Assembly: GCA_049426725.1 (NCBI GenBank)
Contig: JBMSYN010000001.1
Location: forward strand, 32,003-96,002
DNA: 64,000 nucleotides
Direction of reading: 5' to 3'
From: Candidatus Kapaibacteriota bacterium
GTDB taxonomy: Bacteria > Bacteroidota > Ignavibacteria > Kapaibacteriales > UBA961
Shown piece by piece: positions 49,795 to 59,896 of this stretch; the stretch's first letter is position 1; each line of letters starts with the position of its first letter. Both the position numbers and the translations under genes were made by a program. The notes beneath the pieces are model-generated. The model was not told the origin of the DNA, searched no databases, and worked only from the letters and a program-made list of their open reading frames with translations.

Positions 49795-51519
49795 ATGAAA
49801 GTTGACGTCGTGATGCCAAAAATGGGCGAGTCCATTCAGGAAGGCAAAATTTTACGCTGGTTGAAGAAACCCGGCGATAAAGTCGAACGCGACGAGATCC
49901 TCTTGGAAATTTCCACGGATAAGGTAGATACCGAGGTACCTTCACCTTCTGCCGGCATATTGACAGCGATCTTGGCTCAAGAAAATGATACAGTTGAAGT
50001 AGGAACAATCATCGCGGAATTAAATACTGATGCACAAGCATCTGTTGCAGCTCCCGCTCCGACTCCTGTAGTAGCTCCCGCTCCGGCTCCTGTAGTAGCT
50101 CCCGCTCCGGCTCCTGTTGCAGCTTCGGCTTCAACCGGAACTCAAACAGATGTCGTGATGCCTAAAATGGGAGAATCAATTCAGGAAGGTAAAATTCTCC
50201 GTTGGTTAAAGAAACCCGGTGATACAGTAGAACGTGATGAGATTCTACTGGAAATTTCAACAGATAAAGTTGATACCGAAGTGCCTTCACCAGTTGCAGG
50301 CACACTCACTGAACTATTGGCAGCCGAAGGTGACACTGTAGAAGTGGGTGCGGTTATTGCACGATTAGGTTCTGCCGGTGCTGCTGTTCAAAGCAGTCCC
50401 CCGCCAGCACCTCCATCACAACCTGCACCTGTTCAAGCTGCTCCTACTCAACCTATGCCAATTCAAGTGGCGCCGGTTCATAGCGAACAATCTGCACCAA
50501 TAACATCCATACCCAGAACCAGTGGATCACGATTCTATTCCCCACTTGTTCGTACAATAGCTGAATCTGAAGGAATATCACTTCAGGAATTGGATGCAAT
50601 TTCAGGGTCTGGTTTGGAAGGAAGAGTCACAAAGAATGATATTCTGTCTTACTTGAGCAAGAGAGGTACCGGTTCCACACAGGCCACAATTCAAAGTGTA
50701 CCAGCACCGGCTCCGGTTGTTTCAGCAACTCCTGCGCCTGCACCTGCTCCAGTACAAACATATGTTGCAAAACCTGCCGATTCGACAACGCTTGCACAAT
50801 GGGGTCAGGATGTTGAAGTCATTCCTATGGATCGCGTTCGTCAAATCATTGCCGATCACATGGTTCGCTCGAAGCAGACATCGCCTCATGTTACAAGTGT
50901 AGGCGAAGCTGATGTGACGCAACTCGTCAACTTCAGAGAAAGACATAAAACAGCATTTGAGCAAAGAGAAGGATTTAAACTTACATTAACTCCATTCTTT
51001 GCAAAAGCAATCGTTGATGCGGTAAAGCAATTCCCTCTTGTAAATGTGAGTGTTGATGGTAGCAATATCATTCGTCATAAAAAAATCAATTTGAGTTTTG
51101 CGACTGTATTGAATGATGGCAATTTGATTGTACCTGTCATCAAGAATAGCGACATGATGAATCTTGGTGGCATAAGCAGATCGATCAATGACTTGGCCCA
51201 AAGAGCACGTGGTAAGAAGTTATCTCCTGATGAAATTTCCGGTGGAACAATATCCATGACCAATATGGGTGCATGGGGAAGTCTTTTTGGTACGCCTGTC
51301 ATCAATCAGCCACAAACAGCAATTATTGGTATTTACGCTGTACAGAAAAGACCGGTTGTTCGCGAAGTAAATGGAGAAGATCTCATTGCAATCAGACAAA
51401 TGATGTATGTCTCCATTACATATGATCACAGAGTTATTGATGGAGTTCTTGCATCATCCTGCCTAAGAGCAATCGTACAAAACTTAGAAAAAATGAATGA
51501 ATCAACCATCGAGTTGTAA
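49795..51519 (+). CDS. 2-oxo-acid dehydrogenase E2 component (dihydrolipoyllysine-residue acyltransferase) with two lipoyl domains
   Basis: Two lipoyl domains are present (ISTDKVDTEVPSP, twice). A peripheral-subunit-binding domain (SPLVRTIAESEGISLQELDAISGSGLEGRVTKNDI) and a catalytic domain (SITYDHRVIDG) follow. An SD-like AGGAG lies 8 bp upstream. No E1 or E3 genes are in the window. Confidence 0.85.
   Translation: MKVDVVMPKMGESIQEGKILRWLKKPGDKVERDEILLEISTDKVDTEVPSPSAGILTAILAQENDTVEVGTIIAELNTDAQASVAAPAPTPVVAPAPAPVVAPAPAPVAASASTGTQTDVVMPKMGESIQEGKILRWLKKPGDTVERDEILLEISTDKVDTEVPSPVAGTLTELLAAEGDTVEVGAVIARLGSAGAAVQSSPPPAPPSQPAPVQAAPTQPMPIQVAPVHSEQSAPITSIPRTSGSRFYSPLVRTIAESEGISLQELDAISGSGLEGRVTKNDILSYLSKRGTGSTQATIQSVPAPAPVVSATPAPAPAPVQTYVAKPADSTTLAQWGQDVEVIPMDRVRQIIADHMVRSKQTSPHVTSVGEADVTQLVNFRERHKTAFEQREGFKLTLTPFFAKAIVDAVKQFPLVNVSVDGSNIIRHKKINLSFATVLNDGNLIVPVIKNSDMMNLGGISRSINDLAQRARGKKLSPDEISGGTISMTNMGAWGSLFGTPVINQPQTAIIGIYAVQKRPVVREVNGEDLIAIRQMMYVSITYDHRVIDGVLASSCLRAIVQNLEKMNESTIEL
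50050..50121 (+). repeat. Three copies of a 24-bp tandem repeat encoding the Ala/Pro-rich inter-domain linker of E2
   Basis: The unit GCTCCCGCTCCGRCTCCTGTWGYA occurs three times and encodes APAP-PVV. Confidence 0.8.
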
Positions 51520-51825
51520 TTGATTCTTAAATCTATCATATCGATTCTAACTACATTAGCCCTAATCGCTCAGATTGGGGCTTTTGTAGTTCACGCCCAT
51601 CCTATACTGCATGAAGATCATGAAATCAGCATAACAAGTGAACAATCAAAGTATTCACATCATTGTGATATTTGCGATGCAGTTCTAAAGATTGCTGTTG
51701 ATTCATTTGATGTGATAACATTTATCAATTCCTCAAGTTTAGTTCCCTATTACTGCCTACCCACTCTATCTTTTACATCTACTTCATTAGAAAAAACTTC
51801 CTCTCGAGCACCACCCTTAGCATAA
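51520..51825 (+). CDS. Hypothetical small His/Cys-rich protein with a hydrophobic N-terminus (TTG start only); possibly a non-coding leader instead
   Basis: This is the only ORF in the 344-bp region between E2 and the TonB-dependent receptor. It starts at a TTG directly after the E2 stop. The sequence is ILKSIISILTTLALIAQIGAFVVHAHPILHEDHEISI...HHCDICD. There is no internal ATG. Confidence 0.2.
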   Translation: MILKSIISILTTLALIAQIGAFVVHAHPILHEDHEISITSEQSKYSHHCDICDAVLKIAVDSFDVITFINSSSLVPYYCLPTLSFTSTSLEKTSSRAPPLA

Positions 51826-51863
51826 GCATAAGACAACATATTTTCTCATTGAGGAGCAATACC

Positions 51864-54236
51864 ATGTATTTCAATATTTTCGGTATTGTGTTTTCTTTGT
51901 TGCTTATCAATTTCTCTCTGCCAACTATTGTGCTAGCACAGAGCAGGGTATTGCACATTAACACAATACAACTTCAACAACATAGTAAAAAATCACTGTC
52001 ATCAGTTAGAATTACAAATGGCATGACTGGTGTGATGACTGATAAATCAGGTCATGCAGATTTTCGTATTTCCAATACTGAACAAACTATAACCTTTTCA
52101 AAACCCGGTTATGTTTCAGGAAGCATTCTAATTCCTGGATCGAATTCTGATACAACAATTACATTAATTCTTCAACAATCCGAATTCAAAGGAAACGCTG
52201 TTCATATAACAGGAGATAGAAATTCAATCTACGGAGTAGGATCACAGGAGGTCAATATCATCAATAGCGAAGAACTCGATAAACATCGAGGGCAAACTTT
52301 GGGTGAGACATTGAAACGGGTGACCGGACTACATACACTTCAAACAGGACCAAGCATATCCAAACCAATACTTCGAGGAATGCATAGTCAAAGATTACTT
52401 ATCAGCAATGCCGGGATTGCACAGGAAGGACAACAATGGGGTTCAGAACATGCACCGGAGATCGACGCATTTTCAATTGGTTCAGTTGAAATCTTGAAAG
52501 GCGCAGCTGGAGTGGAATATGGACCCGGTGCAATGGGAGGGATGATTCGAATTATTCCACCTCAAATCCCTGACACTTCGCACCTTTCAGCCTCTGTAAC
52601 TATCCAAGGACAAAGCAATAACTGGCAAGGAGCTATTTCTCCTTCTTTGTCATGGGCTCACAAACAAGACAATGGCAATACATTTGGCATTCGTGGACAG
52701 ATATCCGGGAAGCAAGCGGGTAATGCAAGAACGGCTGATTATGTCTTGGGGAATACAGGCTTTACCGAACTTAATGGTCAATTACAGGGTATGTACTCTC
52801 TATCATCCGGGGGAAAGATAACGTTAACATCAAGTATATTCGACACAGAATTAGGAATATTCAAAGGAAGTCATATTTCCAATGCTTCCGATTTATTGCG
52901 GGCGATTGAACGAGGTCATCCATTTGAAGAATATGATTTCACCTATGATATCGATTTCCCAAAACAACAAATTCAGCATCGCCTCTTAAGCATACAAGGA
53001 ATAATCCCTCTTGAAGGCATAGGATTACTCGAAGCCACTTATGGTTGGCAGAGAAATGACCGTGCAGAATTCGATGCACATAATCTTCGAGTACCCAAAG
53101 ATTCAATTCAAGCATTGGAACAATTGCTGATCAAACCGGCAATGAGACTATTGCTTGAAACATATTCGGGTGACATAAAATTGAAGGATATTCAATTGCA
53201 TGAACACATCAATATGACATTTGGAATCGCAACACAATTTCAACAAAACAAAAGAATGGGAAAAGTTGTGTTGATACCCGATTATTTTATGTCTGCAATT
53301 GGAACGTATGCTATCGCAAATGCAGTCTATGATGATGTAATCATAAGTGGTGGCATAAGATATGACACTAGACAAATTTCCATCGACAAATTTTCATCGC
53401 CAACTCGACTCATCAATGATTCAGTATTGCATTTTTCGGGTATATCAATGGGAGGCGGATTCATGTGGCAATTACAGGATGAATGGAGAATGTCTCTAAA
53501 TCTTGGTCAAACTTGGCGTCCTCCACAAGTAAACGAATTATACTCCTATGACATTCATCACGGTACTGCGCAATTTGAAATTGGAAAAAGGGATTTGTCA
53601 CCTGAGCAATCTCGTACAGTTGATATGGCATTGATCTATGATTCTGAGGATGTTTCTTTTGATATTTCACTGTTTCACAATCAATTCGATGGATTCATTC
53701 TTCTTCAACCGGATAGAACAAGACCAACCGTAACTGTTAGAGGTAGTTTCCCAACATTTCGATATGATCAAGTACAAGCAAAAATGTACGGAACAGAGAT
53801 TCAAGGTGATTATACATTCGATGATTGGTTGACATTTTCACTGCAGGGATCATTACTGCGGGGCGACAATCTATCTTCAGGAAATCCCCTTTTTCTCATA
53901 CCTGCAGATAGAGCAAGTGCCGCAATTCATGCACACAGAGAAAATGTTCTCAATATCTTTGGTGATGCATACATTGAATTAAGAGGTACGCATGTTAGAT
54001 GGCAGGATAGATTCGATCCCAATCTAGATTATGCCAATCCACCCGCTAGTTATTCACTCTTTGACATAAATCTTGGAGGAACATTATTGCATGGCCCACT
54101 CAGCGGCTTGGCAATGAATGTATCATTTCAAAATATAGCTAACACCGCATATCGAGATTATTTATCCAGATATAGATACTTCGCACTAGACACAGGTTTT
54201 AATTGTATCATACGATGCATAATCCCTATTCACTAA
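51864..54236 (+). CDS. TonB-dependent outer-membrane receptor with an N-terminal carboxypeptidase-regulatory-like domain
   Basis: There is a signal peptide (MYFNIFGIVFSLLLINFSLPTIVLAQS), a CarbopepD_reg-like domain, a plug (DAFSIGSVEILKGAAGVEYGPGAMGGMIRI) and a long beta-barrel region. An SD-like GAGGAG lies 9 bp upstream. Confidence 0.8.
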   Translation: MYFNIFGIVFSLLLINFSLPTIVLAQSRVLHINTIQLQQHSKKSLSSVRITNGMTGVMTDKSGHADFRISNTEQTITFSKPGYVSGSILIPGSNSDTTITLILQQSEFKGNAVHITGDRNSIYGVGSQEVNIINSEELDKHRGQTLGETLKRVTGLHTLQTGPSISKPILRGMHSQRLLISNAGIAQEGQQWGSEHAPEIDAFSIGSVEILKGAAGVEYGPGAMGGMIRIIPPQIPDTSHLSASVTIQGQSNNWQGAISPSLSWAHKQDNGNTFGIRGQISGKQAGNARTADYVLGNTGFTELNGQLQGMYSLSSGGKITLTSSIFDTELGIFKGSHISNASDLLRAIERGHPFEEYDFTYDIDFPKQQIQHRLLSIQGIIPLEGIGLLEATYGWQRNDRAEFDAHNLRVPKDSIQALEQLLIKPAMRLLLETYSGDIKLKDIQLHEHINMTFGIATQFQQNKRMGKVVLIPDYFMSAIGTYAIANAVYDDVIISGGIRYDTRQISIDKFSSPTRLINDSVLHFSGISMGGGFMWQLQDEWRMSLNLGQTWRPPQVNELYSYDIHHGTAQFEIGKRDLSPEQSRTVDMALIYDSEDVSFDISLFHNQFDGFILLQPDRTRPTVTVRGSFPTFRYDQVQAKMYGTEIQGDYTFDDWLTFSLQGSLLRGDNLSSGNPLFLIPADRASAAIHAHRENVLNIFGDAYIELRGTHVRWQDRFDPNLDYANPPASYSLFDINLGGTLLHGPLSGLAMNVSFQNIANTAYRDYLSRYRYFALDTGFNCIIRCIIPIH

Positions 54237-54240
54237 TTGC

Positions 54241-54813
54241 ATGGAAACATATATGAAAACAACTCTCTTTGCACTTTGCATTTCCCTTCTTGTAATATCT
54301 TGTGGACTAACAGACCACAATCACGATCAAGATAATGATCATGATTATGCAACAACCATCATTATGACTTTGATCAATGAAAATAATTCAGCAGACACGG
54401 TTTCAGCATTGTGGAAGGATTTGGATGGTCCAGGAGGTGCAATGCCAAGCATAATTGACACTATCAAACTAAAAGCAAACACATCATATCTTGGTACAAT
54501 TCAGTTATTCAATGAATCAAAGAATCCGCGTACGAATATAACTACCGAAATTGCAGGAAATAGTTATAAACATCAATTTTTCTTCACTCCAAGCACAGTC
54601 ATTTCAAACAATATTGAATGGAAAATAACTGACAAAGACAGAAACAATCACCCTGTTGGTCTGACTTACAAAGTACAAACATCAACTTCCACATCACAAA
54701 TTGGTTCAGTGAATATTGTTCTTTCTCATTATGATTCTATGACAAAAGATGGTATCCGAAAAAGCTTGGAATCCGACATTGACATTGATTTTCCTGTCAT
54801 GATCATAAATTGA
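54241..54813 (+). CDS. Hypothetical lipoprotein with a His/Asp-rich N-terminus, co-transcribed with the TonB-dependent receptor gene
   Basis: The signal peptide plus lipobox is LLVISCG, followed by LTDHNHDQDNDHDYATT. It lies 4 bp downstream of the receptor stop and is followed by a terminator. Confidence 0.5.
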   Translation: METYMKTTLFALCISLLVISCGLTDHNHDQDNDHDYATTIIMTLINENNSADTVSALWKDLDGPGGAMPSIIDTIKLKANTSYLGTIQLFNESKNPRTNITTEIAGNSYKHQFFFTPSTVISNNIEWKITDKDRNNHPVGLTYKVQTSTSTSQIGSVNIVLSHYDSMTKDGIRKSLESDIDIDFPVMIIN

Positions 54814-54837
54814 TGTAAATACCATACTAAATTGACT

Positions 54838-54868
54838 AATGGCGCTTCAAAAAGCGCCATTTTCTTTG
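54838..54868 (+). terminator. Rho-independent terminator after the receptor-lipoprotein operon
   Basis: Stem TGGCGCTT / AGCGCCA with loop CAAAA, followed by TTTTCTTT. Confidence 0.7.
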
Positions 54869-54930
54869 GTAAAATGCCATAGTTCTCGTATCATTGCAAT
54901 AACCAACCCTAACTTTTCGCACTTATTGCC

Positions 54931-56337
54931 ATGAATCCTATCGGAGAAGATGGATTTTCAAAAAAAAAGCAAAATCAATACTTGAAAGAAGTATTGAAGC
55001 AGTGCCTTCATGTGCTTGATACAGGGAAAGGATCGCTTCCAGGAAATGAAACATTGGAAGCACTCGTGCATTTTTGCATAGAAGAGGGTGATCAAAGTGC
55101 AGCATTAAAAATTGCCGATATATTAGTTGAGAGGATTCCTTATTCTTCTGATGCTTGGCATATTAAAAGTCTTGCTCAAGTACATGCTCATGACAAAGCA
55201 AATGCACTCATTTCAATCAATAAAGCAAAAGCACTGAATCCAAATGATCCGGGGATCAATATCACTCATGCCATGTTGCAAGAACATATACTCACAAAAG
55301 ATGAGACTATTTCAATGTATCATTCATTGATGGATGTATTCCCCGGAAATGATGAAGTACTATATGCACTTGGCCAATACTATGAAAAGCAATCGATGTA
55401 TCAAGAAGCAATCAAGATTTTCACATTCTTGGTTAATAGCGAAGAATTTCATCGACATGCTTTATCAGATCTTGGTTACTGCAATGATTGCCTTGAACAA
55501 TATGAGGTTGCACTTACTTGGTATGATCAATATCTTGAGATTGAGCCTTTTGATCATGTTATTTGGTTTAATAAAGCAGTTGTATTGTGTCATTTAGAAC
55601 AATTCAATGCAGCCATTTCATGTTATGATTTTGCATTGGCTATCAAAGAAGACTTTGCAGGTGCTTGGTATAATCGAGGAAATGCACTTGGTTCTTTGGG
55701 TAGATTATTGGAAGCAATTGAATCATATAGAACATCACTCGAATATGAGTCAACCGATGTGGCCGGATGGCATAATCTCGGTAGCACTTTGGAAGAAACG
55801 GGAGCATTCAGAGATGCAATAGAAGCATTTTCGATGGCAGTTGTCCATGATCCACTGCATTATGAATCCTATTATGGCAGAGGGTCATGCCATGATGCTT
55901 TAGAAGAATATGCTTCTGCAATCGCAGACTATGATAAAGCACTCTCATTACAGCCAGGCTATGCTGATGTCTGGCAAGCCAAAGCTGATGCACTGTTTAA
56001 TATTCACAGACCCGAAGAAAGCATCATTTGCTATAAACAAGCTTTGCAATTATCCCCCGACAATATTGAATGCGCAATTGATTGCATTCGTACTTATATC
56101 GAATTGCATGAATATAAAGATGCAAAAGAATTGATTGACACATACATTGAAGAGTATTCGACAAATGCTGAATTGCTATATGAGTCCGCTAAAGTGGATA
56201 CTTATCTAGGAAATCATGAAGAAGCGTTGGAACATCTTAAAATATCACATTCTTTAGAACATAAATCAATCGACGATTTAAAAAGAGATTTTCCTGATTT
56301 GCTAACAGATTTAGAATTATTCAAATTATTCACATAA
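54931..56337 (+). CDS. Cytoplasmic TPR-repeat protein (468 aa)
   Basis: There is no signal peptide. About ten TPR-like repeats are present (AWYNRGNALGSLGRLLEAIESY and similar). Confidence 0.6.
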   Translation: MNPIGEDGFSKKKQNQYLKEVLKQCLHVLDTGKGSLPGNETLEALVHFCIEEGDQSAALKIADILVERIPYSSDAWHIKSLAQVHAHDKANALISINKAKALNPNDPGINITHAMLQEHILTKDETISMYHSLMDVFPGNDEVLYALGQYYEKQSMYQEAIKIFTFLVNSEEFHRHALSDLGYCNDCLEQYEVALTWYDQYLEIEPFDHVIWFNKAVVLCHLEQFNAAISCYDFALAIKEDFAGAWYNRGNALGSLGRLLEAIESYRTSLEYESTDVAGWHNLGSTLEETGAFRDAIEAFSMAVVHDPLHYESYYGRGSCHDALEEYASAIADYDKALSLQPGYADVWQAKADALFNIHRPEESIICYKQALQLSPDNIECAIDCIRTYIELHEYKDAKELIDTYIEEYSTNAELLYESAKVDTYLGNHEEALEHLKISHSLEHKSIDDLKRDFPDLLTDLELFKLFT

Positions 56338-56364
56338 TACTTTTCATTCCACAAGGAGTTATTC

Positions 56365-57297
56365 ATGAAGATGACTGTGATTGGCGCCGGAAATGTAGGC
56401 GCAACTACTGCCCAGAGATTGGCAGACAAACAACTTGCCACCGAAGTTGTTCTTCTTGACATTGCAGAAGGAATCCCTCAAGGCAAAGGTTTAGACATGT
56501 ATGAATCCATGCCTGTAGAAGCCTCTGACTGTAGAATCCTAGGTACAAATTCTTATGAAGACACAAAAGATTCCGAAATCGTCATCATAACAGCCGGTTT
56601 GGCAAGAAAGCCAGGAATGAGTCGTGATGACTTGCTCGCTGCAAATGCAAAGATTGTAGGTTCTTGCGCAGAACAAGCTGCCAAATATTCGCCAAATGCA
56701 TTTTACATCATTGTCTCAAACCCACTTGATGTAATGACATTTGTGACACTCAAGAAAACCGGTCTTCCAAGAAACAAAGTGCTGGGCATGGCGGGAGTAT
56801 TGGATACAGCTCGTTATCGCACATTTCTCTCAATGGAATTAAATGTTTCCGTTGAGGATATTCAAGCATTCGTCTTGGGTGGACATGGAGACACTATGGT
56901 TCCTCTTCCACGTTATACAACAATCGCAGGTGTTCCAATCACTGAATTATTGCCAAAGGATCGCATAGATTCAATTGTTCAAAGAACAAGAGATGGTGGT
57001 ATCGAAATAGTGAATCATCTCAAAACCGGTAGTGCATACTATGCACCATCTGCAGCTGCAGTACAGATGGTTGAATGTATTGTAAAAGACAAAAGAAGAA
57101 TCCTCCCATGTGCCGTAATGCTTCAAGGAGAGTATGGTTTGAATGATGTCGTGGTTGGCGTGCCAATCAAGATTGGGAAAAATGGAATGGAAGATATCTT
57201 CCAAATCACTCTCGATGCAGATGAGAATGCAGCCTTGGTTAAATCGGCAAATGATGTAAAAGCCACCATGGAAAAACTATCTACAATGGAATTCTAA
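56365..57297 (+). CDS. mdh: Malate dehydrogenase (LDH-like MDH family)
   Basis: [16 protein letters not shown], catalytic [10 protein letters not shown] and [10 protein letters not shown] motifs are present. An SD-like AAGGAG lies 7 bp upstream. Confidence 0.85.
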   Translation: MKMTVIGAGNVGATTAQRLADKQLATEVVLLDIAEGIPQGKGLDMYESMPVEASDCRILGTNSYEDTKDSEIVIITAGLARKPGMSRDDLLAANAKIVGSCAEQAAKYSPNAFYIIVSNPLDVMTFVTLKKTGLPRNKVLGMAGVLDTARYRTFLSMELNVSVEDIQAFVLGGHGDTMVPLPRYTTIAGVPITELLPKDRIDSIVQRTRDGGIEIVNHLKTGSAYYAPSAAAVQMVECIVKDKRRILPCAVMLQGEYGLNDVVVGVPIKIGKNGMEDIFQITLDADENAALVKSANDVKATMEKLSTMEF

Positions 57298-57312
57298 ATA
57301 ACACTTGAAGAT

Positions 57313-57345
57313 GCCGGATATTCTACATGAGTATTCGGCTTTTTC
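57313..57345 (+). terminator. Rho-independent terminator after mdh
   Basis: Stem GCCGGAT / ATTCGGC with one mismatch, followed by TTTTTC. It overlaps the first ATG of the downstream track ORF, which argues for the later start at 57363. Confidence 0.5.
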
Positions 57346-57362
57346 AAAACGGAGAGTCAGAC

Positions 57363-59894
57363 ATGTCTAAAGCAAAAGAAAAAAAACCATCTAAATCAAA
57401 TAGTGGTTCAATGCTATTTATTCCTGAACGATATAGAGATCTTGCATATATCATTGCACTCATTGCATCGGTTATATTGTTTTTGAGTCCTGCCCTATTT
57501 ACAGGTGGTAATTTCAATGCATCAGACAATATCGCATCAGCAAGCTTTGAGACATTTCTGAATGAAGCTAAAGAACAAGGAGAATTTCCTCAATGGCTTC
57601 CTTATATTTTTAGTGGTCTCCCAAGTTATGCAGCACTTTTGACAACAGGTGAAAGATCCTGGGACTTTTTGGCAACACTGTATTTTGGAACTGCAAAACT
57701 CTTTGGTGGCATATTCAATAATGATGCAGCAAGAATTGCTTTTCATTATATGATGTATGCAATCGGTATGTATTTGCTGATGCGATCCAAAGGGAAAGAA
57801 CGATTTATTTCATATGCCGTTGGTTTTGCCGCCGTCTTTTCAACATTCATCATTACTTGGATCATGATTGGACACAATACAAAGCCAATTGCTTTGGCGA
57901 TGTTCCCTTTTATTTTATTATTCCTTGAACGATTGCGCTCAGGTTGGTCACTTTTTCACGCTTCAGCTTTGATCATTGCAGTACATGTGTTGGTTGAATC
58001 AACGCATGTTCAAATGGCATATTATGGGATCATAACATTTGCTTTGTATCTGATTGCCACAACCATTTCAAGTTTGATCAAAAAAGAATCACTACTCGGT
58101 GTGGCTCGCTCCACTTTTGCATTGATGATAGCCGGCGCATTAGCATTTGGTATGTCCGCAGATCGATATTTAAGTGTATTGGAATACAAACCATATTCAA
58201 CACGAGGATCTGCCCCGATAGAACAAGTTACAGGAAATAAGCAGGATAATACAGGTGGATTTGATTATGAATATGCTACCAATTGGTCATTTAGTCCTGA
58301 GGAAACACTTACTTTTCTCATTCCCAATTATTTTGGTTTCGGGAAATTGGAGTATAAACCCAAAGGTGCAAGTGCCGGACAAATAGTTCAGCCATATTGG
58401 GGGCAAATGCCATTTACAGATGCTGCGAATTATATGGGAATTGGTGTTCTTGCATTGGCATTATTGGGCATTTTTGCATATCGCAAAGAAATATTCATTC
58501 ATTATCTCATTGTCCTTGCCTTACTTTCTCTATTCTTGTCATTCGGTAAAAACTTCCCCCTTATTTTCGATCTATTCTATTATAATCTTCCTGGTTTCAA
58601 TAATTTCAGAGCACCCATGATGGCTCTGTGCGTCATGCAATTTGCCATTCCAATTTTGTTTGGATATGGTTTGTCTGCACTGAATGATTGGAGAAATGAA
58701 GGCTGGAATCAACATAAGACCCCTATTCTAACCGCATTGGGTGGAATGGTTATTCTTTTAGTTTCAGGATTCATGGTATCTGAATCAGGTTATATAGCTG
58801 ATATGCAAGCAGCAGGAAAAGTACCTGAACAATTATTTGAATTCGTATATGAGCAAATGAAATCAGATTGGCTCATGACTTCATTCATTGGACTTGCAGT
58901 CATGATCATATCAATGTTGTATGTAAGAGGTGCATTGTCAAAAGGCATTTTTTATACTGCCATTGCCGCATACCTTCTTCTAGATCTATGGAGAGTTGCT
59001 TACCGACCAATGGAAGTTGAAAAAGGAGATATCATTAAATCTGAATTTGCACAGCCTGAATTCATATCATTCATCAAAAAAGACAAATCGCTGTATCGAG
59101 TAGCTGATCTTGTGTATATGAGCATGGGAAAAACAAATATTCCTGCATATTTCAAATTGCAAAATGTGCATGGATATCATTCTGCAAAAATGCGAGTCTA
59201 CCAAGATTTACTGGATGTTGCCGGAGGTGGTGGTGGAAATTATATCACGAATATCTTCTTGTTGAATCTTCTAAATGTCAAGTATATTTCGGCTCCTCAA
59301 CAACTTATACAAGGTGTAAAACCTGTTTTTGAAGGAACAATGCAAACCGAACAGGGAGCCATGCCAACGATTGTATATGAGAATGCTTCGGTACTACCAA
59401 GAGCATTTTTTGTTGATTCCGTAAAGAAAGATACTCCTCTTTCCATTCTTCATCATCTGCGCGATAGTGATTTCAATCCTCGAGCCATAGCATTCATCGA
59501 GAAAGATTTGACTTCACAAATTCAACCTGCAGGAGCGAATGCAAAAGCTACAATAACAGGTTTTGAAAATCACAAGTTGACTATTTCAACTGATAATCCT
59601 GGTACGAATTTCCTTCATGTGTCTGAGGTTTTTCTCCCTGTGGGTTGGTCTTGCAAGATTGATGGCAAATCAACAGAAGTGTATAAAACAAATTATGCCT
59701 TACGCGGAGTAATTGTACCACCTGGAAAACATGTCATTGAATTCACATATCTCAGTAATATCTTTGATACAGGAAAAACAATAAGTCTTGGTGTCAATAT
59801 TGCAACTACTTTAAGTTTAATCCTTGCATTTTTCTTGCAAAGAAGAAAATCAACCGGATCCACTTTAGCCGAATCACAAACAGAGAATTCCTGA
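57363..59894 (+). CDS. YfhO-like polytopic membrane protein (putative lipid-linked glycosyltransferase family)
   Basis: About 13 TM helices and a large C-terminal periplasmic domain are present. The start MSKAKEKK is preceded by an SD-like GGAGAG. Confidence 0.45.
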   Translation: MSKAKEKKPSKSNSGSMLFIPERYRDLAYIIALIASVILFLSPALFTGGNFNASDNIASASFETFLNEAKEQGEFPQWLPYIFSGLPSYAALLTTGERSWDFLATLYFGTAKLFGGIFNNDAARIAFHYMMYAIGMYLLMRSKGKERFISYAVGFAAVFSTFIITWIMIGHNTKPIALAMFPFILLFLERLRSGWSLFHASALIIAVHVLVESTHVQMAYYGIITFALYLIATTISSLIKKESLLGVARSTFALMIAGALAFGMSADRYLSVLEYKPYSTRGSAPIEQVTGNKQDNTGGFDYEYATNWSFSPEETLTFLIPNYFGFGKLEYKPKGASAGQIVQPYWGQMPFTDAANYMGIGVLALALLGIFAYRKEIFIHYLIVLALLSLFLSFGKNFPLIFDLFYYNLPGFNNFRAPMMALCVMQFAIPILFGYGLSALNDWRNEGWNQHKTPILTALGGMVILLVSGFMVSESGYIADMQAAGKVPEQLFEFVYEQMKSDWLMTSFIGLAVMIISMLYVRGALSKGIFYTAIAAYLLLDLWRVAYRPMEVEKGDIIKSEFAQPEFISFIKKDKSLYRVADLVYMSMGKTNIPAYFKLQNVHGYHSAKMRVYQDLLDVAGGGGGNYITNIFLLNLLNVKYISAPQQLIQGVKPVFEGTMQTEQGAMPTIVYENASVLPRAFFVDSVKKDTPLSILHHLRDSDFNPRAIAFIEKDLTSQIQPAGANAKATITGFENHKLTISTDNPGTNFLHVSEVFLPVGWSCKIDGKSTEVYKTNYALRGVIVPPGKHVIEFTYLSNIFDTGKTISLGVNIATTLSLILAFFLQRRKSTGSTLAESQTENS

Positions 59895-59896
59895 TA

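Noticed and set aside
51520-51863. Possible riboswitch (cobalamin, TPP or other) upstream of the TonB-dependent receptor gene
   Set aside because: No B12 box (GCCACTG), TPP CUGAGA element or other recognisable conserved riboswitch core was found by eye. The region is left as a possible small ORF or leader.
54100-54236. Atypical C-terminus of the TonB-dependent receptor (ends ...CIIRCIIPIH rather than with an aromatic residue): possible frameshift
   Set aside because: The barrel length is within the normal range and the downstream ORF has its own convincing signal peptide and lipobox. There is no evidence of a broken frame.
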